64,000 bases of DNA, taken from Octopus vulgaris. Taxonomy: Eukaryota. The DNA is taken from positions 41,850,001 to 41,914,000 of the forward strand of contig OX597833.1 in the NCBI GenBank assembly GCA_951406725.2. Direction: 5' to 3'. Within the stretch, counting starts at the first letter, position 1. Every line of letters starts with the position of its first letter. Positions 51,746 to 64,000 of this stretch are shown in pieces. The notes under the pieces were generated by a model. The model ran no database searches. It had not been told where the DNA came from and saw only the letters and a program-made list of their open reading frames with translations. The translations under genes and the position numbers were made by a program.

Positions 51746-52152
51746 AGTGGCTGTGTGGTAAGTAGCTTGCTTATGAACCGCATGGTTCCGGGTTCAGTCC
51801 CACTGCATGGCACCTTGGGCAAATGTCTTCTACTATAGCCTCGGGCCGACCAAAGCCTTGTGAGTGGATTTGGTAGACGGAAACTGAAAAAAGCCTGTCG
51901 TATATATATGTATATGTATGTGTGTGTATATGTTTGTGTGTCTGTGTTTGTCCCCGCAACATCACTTGACAACCAATGCTGGTGTGTTTACGTCCCCGTA
52001 ACTTAGCGGTTCGGCAAAAGAGACCGATAGAATAACTACTAGGTTAACAAAGAATAAGTCCGGGGGGGGGGGGGCGATTTGCTCGACTAAAGGCGGTGCT
52101 CCAGCATGGCCACAGTCAAATGACTGAAACAAGTAAAAGAGAGTAAAGAGTA
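51746..52152 (+). mobile_element. SINE family A
   Basis: Near-identical to 38528-38911. Confidence 0.9.
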
Positions 52153-52678
52153 AAGGCAGTATATTTCAACAGAGATACAGTAGCAAAATTTTAACAGTGG
52201 AACAGTTTTGGGTTAGGGTATATTACTGATGGGAAATAGAAAACCAGAAGAGTCTTGATCAACATAAAGCTCTTTCCTATTTTTTTTTAACCATTCAGCA
52301 TTCAGATTATTCTGCCAAATTTCATGCTTATTTATACACATTGTTTTGAATTAATCATTTGTTTATTTCCTTGGAACATACATTTTTTCTTGGATTATAA
52401 GCCACTGGGTGTGTATGTGTAAGTCTATATATTGTGGTCAAGGCTTTTTTTAAAAAAAATTGTGTACTGAATATCTGATTTCCATGTGCTTGTTTACATA
52501 TGCGTATGTCATGGTTCAGTGGCTTCGGCTTAAATTTTAATTTGGTCAGTGTGAAAGTTTAGTTCATAGAACATGTGATGCTTCCTATCAAAGCAGGTGT
52601 GAGGATTAGGGAGGGAAGGACAAACAGACATGTTTAATTAAATATGGTTTTAAACTAGACCAACAGGGTGGTAAAGAA

Positions 52679-53010
52679 CTGCGTGGCACCTTGGGCAAGT
52701 GTCTTCTACTATAGCCTCGGGCCGACCAAAGCCTTGTAAGTGGATTTGGTAGACGGAAACTGAAAGAAGCCCGTCGTATATATATGTATGTGCGTGTATG
52801 TTTGTGTGTCTGTGTTTGCCCCCCTAGCATTGCTTGACAACCGATGCTGGTGTGTTTATGTCCCCATCACTTAGCGGTTCGGCAAAAGAGACCGATAGAA
52901 TAAGTACTAGGCTTACAAAGAATAAGTCCCGGGGTCGAGTTGCCCAATTAAAGGCGGTGGCGGTGCTCCAGCATGGCTGCAGTCAAAATGACTAAAACAA
53001 GTAAAAAGAA
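52679..53010 (+). mobile_element. SINE family A (5'-truncated)
   Basis: Matches family A from ctgcgtggcacc onward. Confidence 0.85.
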
Positions 53011-54074
53011 AAAGAAAGAAAAGAAATGAATGCCAAATCTTTTGTCATTTCATTAATAAAAAGGGTGAACCTCTTAGTTTTACAGTACTGTCTGTATTGC
53101 CCACAAATTTTTATCATCCGATAAGAGATCTTACTGGAATTATCTCCTTTGCTTGCTAATTTTACATTTTTAGCACTACTAGAGAAAGTTTTTCTATTAA
53201 TTACTTTGATAATCTCAGTTCAGCAAAATTTTTATCTCATTATATGTTACAGGTGAAATACTGCTATATTTATAGTTGTATGGGTTGACTTCAGAAATGT
53301 CATTTAGTTGTGAGACTCTCTGCCAGTTTCCCCACTTCATTCAGTTCTGATACTCCTGCACTCTCACTTTATATAGTTAGTCTCTCACTCCATACAACTA
53401 TTACTCTCCCTCCCACTCTTCATATAGTTGTTACTATTTTGTTCTTCCTTAAGGAAAGGTTACCTAGTCGCTGAGTTCTTGTTCTGGAGACAAAGCAACT
53501 TTCTTGACTATCTTCTGTAGTATCAGAACTGAAACTGATACTACAATTAGAACAACAGTCACTGGGACACACTGCTGTTGTTGCAGGTTCTACTGCTGTT
53601 ACCTTTTCTACCAGTCTAACTCATTGGGGGCAGAAACTTCAAAAGTGATTCTAATTGCAACAAACATAACTGAGATTTCAGTTCTGTAATGTCAGTCTCA
53701 TTACTTTTGGCTCTGCACTTATGATAGAACAAAGCTCTGAAACGGCCCTGTGGTTTCTAGGTGTGTGTAGGATTGCCATTAGTACATGTAGGTCTATAAC
53801 GATTTCTCCATGTCATTTCTTGAGACCTCTGTATTCTCAACTTGCTCATATTGGGCAACAAATACGACAAGCCAGAAACCAAAATCCCAATTAATGCTCC
53901 TGACTATCAGATTTATTTTGCACTGATCCGCATCTTATGTTAAGACCAAAAAGGTAGGTTAGTGGAGCATCAAAGCAGCTTGTCACCTCATCTCATCCAT
54001 AATGCCTGAAAACTGGGCAGGTACTGCTATTCCTCTTGCAGTGGTTGATAGAAACCACATTTTCCCCACACACT

Positions 54075-54300
54075 GACCCTTTGTTATCATTTTTCTGCTG
54101 ACGTATGTTGCTTTTGTTTCAATTAATTTTTTTAAATAATGAAGAACTTAGTAAAATAATTTACTCATTACTAAGCTAGTGTCTGGAACAAACTGACATA
54201 AAATTTTGATGGAAGATTATCATTTAGATAACTTTAAAATGATAAGCTTGCATCATAGAACCAGGGACAGTCTCAGGTAGATTGATATCAAAAGGGTTAA
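54075..54300. mobile_element. TTAA-type (piggyBac-like) MITE; related copy at about 51570-52195 is interrupted by a SINE
   Basis: Ends ccctttgttatc ... gatatcaaaagggttaa; internal sequence is the reverse complement of 51570-51745. Confidence 0.45.
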
Positions 54301-55266
54301 GCACAGACTTATGCAACTGCTCTTTGCTTATTCTTGTATAGTTGCATGAAACAAGGAAGTACAATGCTTCAAATTCCCTTCTACATTTCTTTTTATTCTT
54401 CAAACCAAATTATATTCAAGCATTCACTGTGGCCTTGCATGTTAGAAAAACTGATATTATTATCATTATTTTAATTATTATTATTATTGTTATTGTTTTT
54501 AGTGAATAACAACCTCTCTAGATTAAAATCTATCTTCTGTTGTCATATCTGTTTTGTTGCCAAGAAGCAGCAACAGCAGCTGTATGTGTTTGGAAGTTGG
54601 TCTCTGCTGTGCTCACTGTTATGATGGCTAACTTGCAAATTGTAAACAAGGTCTGTTACCTAGGCTACTTCATCAGCGGTACTACTGCTACAATTTAGTA
54701 ATAGTGTACCAGCTCCAGCCCCTGGGTGGGGAGGTTTTTGATAATGGCAGTCTGAAATGGTTTAGGGAAACTTATTGGATTTTCTGATGACAAATGAACA
54801 TTTCTTTTCTTTAGTTAAAGGCTTACTGAATGTGTCAGTGTCATCATTGTTATTATCAAAATCATTATTATTATTAGAATAGTGGATTGATAGAATTGGT
54901 AGAGCAACAGAAAATAATATCTTACTCTATTCAGTCACATCCTATTCACATTCTTAATTGAAATACTATCTTACATTCTTTTGGAGCTCATAATATAATT
55001 ACCTGTTAAATACAGGAGCTGAACTAATTCTTGAATTTGTTAGGCCAATGTTAGAAATTATTATTATTATTATTAAAGTGGCACACTGGGCAAAATATTT
55101 AACAGTATTTCATTCGACTTTATGTCCTGAGGTCAAATTCCGTCAAGGCTGGCTTTACCTTTCATCCTTTCAGGGTCAATAAAATAAGAACCGGTCATGT
55201 ACTGGGATAGATGTAATTGATTCCCTCCACCCCTCAAAAACTACTGGCCTTGTACCAAAATTTGAA

Positions 55267-55318
<52 letters not shown>

Positions 55319-55400
55319 TTGCCTTACTGCTTTCTTTGTAATTACTGCTTTTTATCATCCTTTCCACTATGTTTTTGTTTTCTCAATGCAGGTGTATCTG

Positions 55401-55652
55401 ATTATTTACATTTGATGGATATTTATCCTCATCTTGTTTATTGTTAACATAACATTTCAGCTGATATACTGTTCAGCCTTCATCAGGTGTCTTGGGGAAA
55501 TTTCGAACCTGGGTTCTCATTCCTAAGGTATTTTTCGATGTTATTATTATTATTATTATTAGTATTATTGTTCAGGTCATTGCTTGAAATCGAACTCAGA
55601 ATCTTGGGGTTAGTAGCCCGCGCTCTTAACCACTATGCCATATGCCCGTGGG
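55401..55652 (-). mobile_element. tRNA-derived SINE-like element carrying a hammerhead ribozyme (retrozyme-like)
   Basis: Reverse complement: A-box TGGCATAGTGG, tRNA-like anticodon arm, B-box GAGTTCGATT, (AAT)n, a second B-box-like GGTTCGAAAT, then ACAC-CTGATGA-A-GGCTG..CAGCT-GAAA-TGTT-ATGT at 55490-55447. Confidence 0.75.
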
Positions 55653-57284
55653 TGTAACAGAAGGTGTAACTGATGTTAAAACTATTTCATGCCTACATCA
55701 CTTATCTATCATTCTATCTCTCTCTCTCTTCCTCTCACATAGTAAATATCATCAAAAAGAAGGATAGACCTTCAAATGACCACTCAATTAGTATTGACTA
55801 ACTACAAACTGAAGCCTTCACTGCCACAGTTATAATCTGTCCAAACATAAGACAATTCTCACAGGCTCAATCCACCTAAATGTAAATAAGTACCACAGTA
55901 GGTACAGCTCACTATGGTGTGCAGCAAGGTCATTTTCTGCTTAATGAGTATTCTAATTAGCCAAGTGAAGTGATGCTAAGCCCAAATTTTAGATATGATT
56001 CAAAGGGGCAAGACTATGTAAAAATGAAATTTACAACAGCCTCTACAGGTTCCATTATCAATCTCCATCCTCTTTCATATTCTTGCTTCTTTCACCTTGC
56101 CACCTTCTTCTCCCAGTTCATTTTCTGTGATCAACTTCTCTTCTACCCATTCTGTTGGTCAATGTTACTCTCAATGAATGGAGTCAATGAAGCATAGTGA
56201 GAACTCTTTTGTTAGACTGCAACATCTCTAGAGCTGATGCTGCAAAACAGAAAATGCACTTGGTACATTCTGTGAAGTGGTTAGTATTAAGAAGAGCATT
56301 CAGCTATGCAACTGTGCCAAAATAGAGCATACGAGAAAAATGTGATCCCTTGACTGAACTATGGAATCAGGAACATCAAGTAAGAATTTACTCAAATTGT
56401 GTTGACTTATACAACATGGAAAGTATAGAAAGTGGGTAAAAAAATATTTTTTATATATATTTATCTCTAAATATATTTTGATATCTTTTGGAAAGATATG
56501 TTTCTTTATTAGCCACACAGGGCTGGACATGGACGGGACAAATTACAAAGTAGAACTTTTCTTTTCGGGGAGAAAAAAGAAAAAAGTGGGGCAGGTTTTT
56601 GATTAAAAGGGATTGTAGAAAGGAAAAAGAAAGGGAAAAAAAAAAGAAAAAACGATCAATAGGGATAGACAAATGCCTTGCAATATTTAGTTTGGCTCCT
56701 GCTGAGTGGGGTCAACTTTGTCTTTCTCCAGTACTGGGATCAATTAATTGATTTTTATTCTTCCCCAAAATGTGTGACTTTGTACTTTAGTTAGAAATCA
56801 TTATTGTCTTGTTAAATAAGAAGTAGAATCAGTTTTTTAAGTCTGTTTGTAACTTCATAGGCACCTAAAGTAATTAGCAAAAGTGTAGTAAAAACCATCA
56901 AGGAATATTTAAGATTGACAACTGTAGTAGTAGTAGTAGCATTAGTTTACAATATTACAATATTTAATTTCATCTTGCTATGATCTAAGTTTAGATCTTT
57001 CCAAGATGGTTTTTTTCTCTTTTTTTTTCATTTAATTTCTCTAGTTACCTTGAAAATGTACCTATTCCATTGTCACTACTGGTCTTCATTTGTAAATCTG
57101 TAGTAACGAAAGAGTTAAGCCCTCTCAGGAGAAATCAGTTTACTTGCACCAATTCACAAGGCCTCATAGTTTTCTCAGGAGAAACAGGATTGAAACTTTT
57201 TTCCTCTTTTTTTTTCTGTTATATAACAGACAAAAATCAACTGAATCTTTCTTCTTTATTTACAAATCTTAAAATACAGGTGGA

Positions 57285-57513
57285 ATGATTCAGCAGAAAA
57301 TTTGTTGATCCAAGTTCCCAAACAAATTAATCTAGAATATTTTTTCTAACTGTCATTTTCTTTTTAACCTCTGAAGTAAGTTTAGTTGAATGAAAGAAAG
57401 GATTCATGACTGTCATATTTATCAATACACCTGTCTGGCTGTTATTTTATTTATCTTTTATTTTGTTTCACAAGTAATTTGAAACGAGTAACTTAGTATA
57501 GAATGAGTCAGCA
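57285..57513 (+). promoter_or_regulatory. Candidate ARE / CNC-sMaf site pair
   Basis: ATGATTCAGCA at 57285 and ATGAGTCAGCA at 57503, both followed by A-rich flanks, in apparently non-repetitive sequence 5' of the OSGIN coding exons. Confidence 0.35.
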
Positions 57514-57844
57514 AAATTTAATGCAATCACAATGATTGTCACTTTTATTAGCTTTGGTTTTATGGGATATTCTTTACAGTTTATCAGTTGCTGAGTGTTT
57601 TTGTTATTGTTGTTCAGCCCACAGATTTACCTTGACTAAGGTGCCTATAATCAAAGTTATTCCAGCCATAGCCATATACTCTTTTTGGTAGCCCAGAGAT
57701 TACATAAGTAATTGAAGGAAATTTGATTAATATGTCAAGAAAGTATTGTAATCAGAGACAGGTTCCCTGTTTTGTTTGTGTAAAGATTTTGGAATTAGTG
57801 TATTACTGAAATATTGAGTGAAACTTGAGTAGATAAAGGAATTG

Positions 57845-58247
57845 GGATCTTTTCGGTTTGACCGGCAGTTTTTAAAAATAATTTCCACGTAACTAAACAC
57901 TTTTAAACTTCGTATACTGGTAGAATGTGTTTATAAAACATCTTTTTCTCTTGGCTTTATTGAGAAAATTCTATAGTTTGTAAGATATTTGTTGTTGTTT
58001 TTCTTCAATTTCTGCAATTTCAACCAATCAATGACGTCTATTGAGGTGAAAACATTGTGCCGAATGAATATGTCCCTCGTTTAAGAAACAGATTGGGTTT
58101 ATTTACATTTGTGAAGAAAAAAAGATACCCTTCCCCCTAACCCTAAAACAGATTGAAATGCAATAGATCGATACTAGGGTCATAATTATGGGTGACAATT
58201 TCATATGACACCACTAGAAAAAACTGCCGTTCAAACTGAGAAGATCC
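57845..58247. mobile_element. Same family as 24675-25092, copy 2 in opposite orientation
   Basis: Same TIRs and internal sequence reverse-complemented; TSD aggaattg / agaaattg. Confidence 0.85.
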
Positions 58248-58596
58248 AGAAATTGCATGACCAATGCAGAGGTCAAGCCTAAGATACTCTGACAAGTGTT
58301 TAATAGTATAGTCATTCTTGGAATACACTTAATGATACACAACTCAGTTCACCTGTACCAGATTGTAACATCTGGGAATGTTACAGATACTCTGTCCAGA
58401 TGGGTTCCACTCTTACATACTTAGCATCATAAAAATGGAGTTTAGTACAAGCTCCTTTAACTCTGAATACCAACTAGCTTCAGATCACCTATGCCAAAAT
58501 ATTCCTGCTTAAATTCAGATCTTGATTAAAATCTTTTAAGATGAATGATATGAGATTTTAGTTGGTCAATACTAACATAATATAAATCAGTAATAA

Positions 58597-58956
58597 CTCT
58601 TTACTCTTTTACTTGTTTCAGTCATTTGACTGTGGCCATGCTGGAGCACCACCTTTAGTCGAGCAAATTGACCCCAGGACTTATTCTTTGTAAGCCTAGT
58701 ACTTATTCTATCGGTCTATTTTGCCGAACCGCTAAGTTACCGGGACGTAAACACACAAACGTATACACACACACACACACACACACATATATATGACGGG
58801 CTTCTTTCAGTTTCCGTCTACCAAATCCACTCACAAGGCTTTGGTCGGCCCGAGGCTATAGTAGAAGACACTTGCCCAAGGTGCCACGTAGTGGGACTGA
58901 ACCCTGAACCATGTGGTCGGTAAGCAAGCTACTTACCACACAGCCACTCCTACGCC
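58597..58956 (-). mobile_element. SINE family A
   Basis: Reverse complement of family A. Confidence 0.88.
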
Positions 58957-59249
58957 TGGTTACAGATATTTATCAAATCCTCACCAATATCTTGATTACA
59001 TAAATAATTAAAACAGATATTTTACTCATTAGAAGAATATAAAAAAAAGGGGGCAACAAAAGGGTTATTGGGACAACTGGATGTAGGCACTACAGAAATA
59101 CATAAGCAAGGAAGGCAATTAGCAACAAGCAAAGAAGATCAGATTCATCAACATCGTTTTTATATCCACTTTTTTATGTATGGATGGGTCCTTTCCAACA
59201 CACTGTCTTGCCATTTGTTGCATTTCTTTGTCATCTCCTTTGTGAAGTT

Positions 59250-59960
59250 CAACAGTTTCAGCTCAGATTTTATCACTTCTGACCATTTCTTCTTTCTCTC
59301 CCTCCACTCAATCCTTCTGGCACTTCTTTACCTGTCTGCTATCATCCACATGCATTACATGTCTGCATTCTTGCACACTACAACTGATACTTCTTATAGC
59401 CAATTTATCTTTCAGCTAATCTGTACCATGTTGTTCATACATATTAACATGATACAGATATACTTACTTCATTTCCCACCAACCATTGCATATCCTCTGT
59501 ATTCACTACCATGCAGCATAACACAGGCAACATACGATCTGCTCTTCACTTGAAGAGAGAATCCCCTTATTGTTAGTAGATGCAATAGTTTCTTGAACTT
59601 TTTTCCACCTTGTCTTTATTCTAACAACTATGCTTTCAGAGCACCATCCTCTGGTGTTGCTTAACCTGCCAAGGCAACAGAAGCTATCAACTATTTCTAT
59701 AGAGCCTTCCAAATATAAAAGGGAATTCATTCTACTACTGTTCTAACAGCTAACTACTCTTGTATGTCAGCCACTCACCATCAGCCTGCCTGTGACCTTT
59801 TGTGCACCCATAATTCATAATCTGTATATGCTACGGAGTTCATACCTATTTCTTTTCTGCATATTGGACAGAACCCTTTTGCTGATGGCAGTAAAATCCC
59901 ATCTTTTTTTCCTACTTACTAAAACTTTGAGCTTCATCAAATTTTTCTAGAGACTTTTCA
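59250..59960 (-). pseudogene. Decayed RTE-clade LINE, RT C-terminal region
   Basis: Peptide IEIVDSFC.LG...GCSESIV.RI...W.KF.EL.L..K..SL.VK.R.Y.ACV with frameshifts. Confidence 0.6.
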
Positions 59961-60328
59961 ATTTACATATGACAGTTTTTCTAGCCTGAAAAATAATATC
60001 CACCCCAAATCCATATCAGTATATGCTTTAGCAAAATAAATGCCTTCTACTAATAGAAGTTGAGTAATAGAAACAGTAGTTCTCATTAGCAAACTACAAA
60101 AATTAATGAACTGTTTATTGGATATGTCATTAAACCAGTTGATAACTTACATAAGATAAAAATGCTACCTAGAGGGTCTGTTTGATGTCAACACAGGTGC
60201 TGCTGATGCTGAGATTCAGACCTAATTAGTTAGTATCTACTTTTTGTAATTAAGGATTAGTTCCCTAGCACTGAATATGGAATGTATTGAGCTGACCGTC
60301 ACTTTGCATTAATTGATTGCAATCATAG

Positions 60329-60484
60329 CAGCGCCATCTTAAGGCATGGGCACATTGGACATTAGATAGTTGTTCAGGGGTCTCACAAGTCTAGGGGCCC
60401 TTGTCTGACTTGCTGTCTATAAATATTACAGGACCTAGTGCATGGATTTGCTTGGGGGCCCATTATACTTCTAAGATGGCCCTG
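60329..60484. mobile_element. hAT-like MITE
   Basis: TIR cagcgccatctta / taagatggccctg; imperfect 8-bp TSD aatcatag / atccatag. Confidence 0.55.
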
Positions 60485-61514
60485 ATCCATAGTCAATGGA
60501 TAGGATGAAAAATGAACTTATAATTCTGTTTAAAAGGGTGTTTCCTTCACTATTAGTACTGGCCAACAAACTGTTGGTTTCTTAGTGATTACCATTAACA
60601 TTTTAATGTAATTATTTTTCATTTCATAGACCAAATGAAATTTTAAACTATGTGAGTAAATATTTAACTCTAGGTGCATTAAAATGAGTTTAGTTAGAAG
60701 CATCTCATTAAGGCTCCCAACTATTTCTGTGAAGAAGGAAATAATAATAATAATAATAATGGGGTTTGAATAATTCACCTCTGGAAGCATTGGTATTTCG
60801 TTCATCATCCTTAAATGAACCTTATTCAGGGACTTTTTGAGCGGAATGGGCTACTCAACCAGAAGAAAATTCTAACTGGGCCACACCTGCAAGGTCATGT
60901 GCTGTTTATCTTGATATAAGATCACCATGTCATGTGCATATGGTTGTGATGCATGGGCCTAGTGTACCCTTATCAGATGGGTAGTCATGATGGATATATT
61001 GGGCTTCATATAGTTGTACCTCAGTGTCTCTTTGATGGCATACACTGCTCTCCCATTCAATAATAATAATAATAAATAATAATAAAGGGCAGCAACTTTG
61101 GGGAAGGGGATGAGTGAATTATATCAACCCATGTTTAACTAGTACTTATTTTATCAACCCCAAAAGGATGAAAGGCGAAGCCAACCTCGTTGGAATTTGA
61201 ACTCAGAATGTAGTGACGAGCGAAATACCCTAAGCATTTTATCCAGTGTGCTAGCGATTCTTCCAGCTTGTCACCTTATTATAATAATAGTAATAATTAT
61301 TTCAAATTTTTGCTACAACAGAAGCTTGTAGGTGGGAATGAGTCGATTACATTGACCCCAGTGTTCAACTGGTACTTATTTTATTGACCGTGTGAGAATG
61401 AAAGGTAGAGTTGGCCTTGGCAGAATTTGAACTCTGAACATAGCGATGGGTGAAATACTGCTAAGCATTTCGTCCAGCATGCTAATGATTCTGCCAGCTC
61501 ACTGCCTTATTATG

Positions 61515-61546
<32 letters not shown>

Positions 61547-63555
61547 TAATAGTTGTTGTTGTTGTCATCATCATCAAAAAGTGTACTATAAAAATAAAAA
61601 TAGATGCAGATGTACAACATAGCTCAACCCACCTTTCAACATGAAGGTGGCTACATCAACGGCAAGAGTTTTTTTGTGTTTGATAGGTTGAAGATTTTAT
61701 CATTAATAGGATCATGGTGAAACAATTATATTGGACTACATCCAGTTTCAATAGAAACAGCAAAATAGATAATAAAAATCGTTGTAAAGTTAGAGGTCCA
61801 AACAATAATTGTAATTTCATTAAACATTTGTACGATGACAAATTATTGTATAAATTACTGAATTATTGTATAAATGTCCTGTTAAAATTTGTCAGTCTAC
61901 AAATGCCTACATAGGTTTGATAGATAATACATTTAAGATGATATATAATATACAACATCATTTATTTTGAAATAAGGCCAGAAAAAAAGTAGCTAAGCTG
62001 TTGGCTTATATTTGGGAGCTGCAGAAATCCATTATTCATTATGAATTGAATTGGAGCTAAGTAGTGGATGGTAAAATGTATAAGAGGAATAGATATCTAT
62101 GTCATTTGCATATCATGAACACCTTGAGCGTATACTTTTCTAAGGATGACCTACTGAATAGGAATCCTGAAAAGACAGTTATTTCCTGCCTCCTGGAAGT
62201 TGATTGTAATTTATTCATGAAACCATATAAATTTTTGAGTTCTTTTTTATATATATATATAAAATCACCTCCTTTCTGTACATTCAACCACTGCTCTTTT
62301 TCCCCTTCCCTGTACTCCATTCTAAATACCACTCTTATCTGCTATCATTCTCAATGCATTCTCATATCTATCATCATGGCCCACTTACTATAGACCCTTA
62401 TATATCCCTATACCTCCTTCTCCATTGTTCTTACATCTTGTACATCAACCCACTATTTTCTGTTCTATTCTCCTTCCTGAGCCACTCTTATTTATTTCCC
62501 CATACACCTTTAAATACTGGCATTTCCTATTATCTGCAGCCCTTCTCTAATTCATCACTCATTACAATAACCTCTACCTCCAACTATTTACCCCTTCCTC
62601 ACATTCTTAAGAAAGCATCCACTCTCTCATCCTTTCCCATGACCCAATGCCTGTGTCTTATACACCCCTTGTTGCTTGAGAGTTTGCTCTGGTATCCCAC
62701 CACTACCTACCTCTTATCTCTTTCAGCCATATATCCCCTTTATATCAAGACACCTTTGCTTATTTCTCTATCATACTTTAGCTTTTCGACATCTGGCATA
62801 CAGCCACCCACCTCCAACTTCCTGTCCCAAATACTTCCTCTTCACAATGGGAGCTTTTTCATTTTCCTTTTTCTCTGTTCTTTTCTATCTTGCAAGCTAT
62901 ATGACAACCCCAGTAGTGCTGGTGGCATGAAAAAAGCACCCAGTACATTCTGTAAAGTTGTTGGTATTGGGAAAGGCATCCAGCCATAGAAACTATGCCA
63001 AAGATGACACTGGAGCTCAATGCAGCCCTACAGCTCACCAGTCCCCTGTTTAATCACCCTGCCCATGCCAGGAAGGAAAGCAGCCGTTAACTAATGATAT
63101 ATGAATGTTCAGTAAGGAAGACAAAACAATTTCAGCCAACACAAGATGACTAAAGGAAAATGTTCAAAACAAACACAACCAGTTGGACTGCAAAAAGCAC
63201 ATCACAAACCTACAAAACAAATACAAAGCTAGTACAACGATATAGTTGCAGAACTGGTTACCTATATATGAATATGTAAGAGTAATTAGTTTTGTTTGTT
63301 GTTTACAATATAAAGTACAAATTAATGTTTTCTACATGATGACAGGCATGTATAAGTTAATTTATTCAACATGATGATGACTTGTGTATCTTTAGACCTG
63401 TGGCTGTTTCACAGAGGAGAATGCAGATGATGTGTCAAACGAATACTATTTTGAGCAGCCTGGACATGACAATGACTAGTTAAGCCAATATTTGACTTTG
63501 CAGCAAGATCACAGTTAGCACAAGGATAGTTTGCAAAATGATTAACATTTGTATA

Positions 63556-64000
63556 CAGTACCATGCAAAAGTCTTCGGCCACTTTAAACTATTGTAAATT
63601 TCTACTAATTGCCAACTTATAAATGGATGTTTCACATTGCGTTTTTTATGGATGAAATTTTGGCCCTGTTGGAGTCATTTCCATACCTAATCATTATATT
63701 GTGTAGTAGGAGTTCTGAATGAGAGGCGAAGATGCAAGACGATGACCAAAAGTGGCTGTGCAAAAGTTTTTGGCCACCTCACATAAACCAATCAAGAACA
63801 CAGTGGTTTTAAACAGAAAAATGTCTATGATGAAAAGTTATTACATAATGTTCATTTCAAGAAGTTACTGTACATTGTTAACATTTTCTGTGGCTTCCCA
63901 TAACTAGAATAATTGCTTCAATATGCCTGGGAAGGGAAGCGTACAAATCCATCATGATCTTTACAGGTATTAGATGCCATTCTCTGTGGCTGAGCTCCCA
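63556..64000 (-). mobile_element. Tc1-like transposon 3' end with an IR/DR-type terminus (runs off the window)
   Basis: TA|CAGTACCATGCAAAAGTCTTCGGCCAC with an inner direct repeat agtggctgtgcaaaagtttttggccac at 63751; minus-strand peptide EWHLIP..L.ASLP.HIEAII. Confidence 0.7.

Noticed and set aside
55575-55647. Genuine tRNA gene (also the heads at 6540-6611, 18752-18820 and 24515-24587)
   Set aside because: Acceptor and T stems do not pair properly, and each continues into repeat body sequence; these are SINE heads.
62064-62989. ORFs of 109 and 211 aa
   Set aside because: Pyrimidine-rich low-complexity sequence with no recognisable domain, running into a SINE.

Overview
This is an AT-rich, microsatellite- and SINE-dense eukaryotic window. 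The repeat families look like those of Octopus or another coleoid cephalopod (inference, not searched). One host gene could be rebuilt on the minus strand from five GT-AG coding exons with compatible phases (45679-45610, 32909-32776, 28539-28348, 24135-24041, 22286-21281), giving a 498-aa OSGIN1/2-family FAD-dependent oxidoreductase. The main accessory content is a Penelope-like element (PLE) system. It includes one intact 820-aa RT plus C-terminal GIY-YIG ORF (8276-10738, minus strand, Hydra-clade-like) with a 244-bp direct pseudo-LTR and a duplicated non-coding 3' region, plus a second GIY-YIG fragment. About eight minimal type-I hammerhead ribozyme motifs are scattered through the window: one fully canonical, several with an enlarged stem II, and one fused to a tRNA-derived Pol III head. 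Several 100-210-bp fold-back palindromes sit in (TA)n tracts, and two have apices at hammerhead sub-structures. Also present are Helitron, mariner/rosa/Tc1, hAT- and Merlin-like MITE, RTE and R4/Dong remnants, modular SINEs, a compound minisatellite and a candidate Nrf2/ARE pair. All calls were made by eye, and repeat boundaries are approximate.
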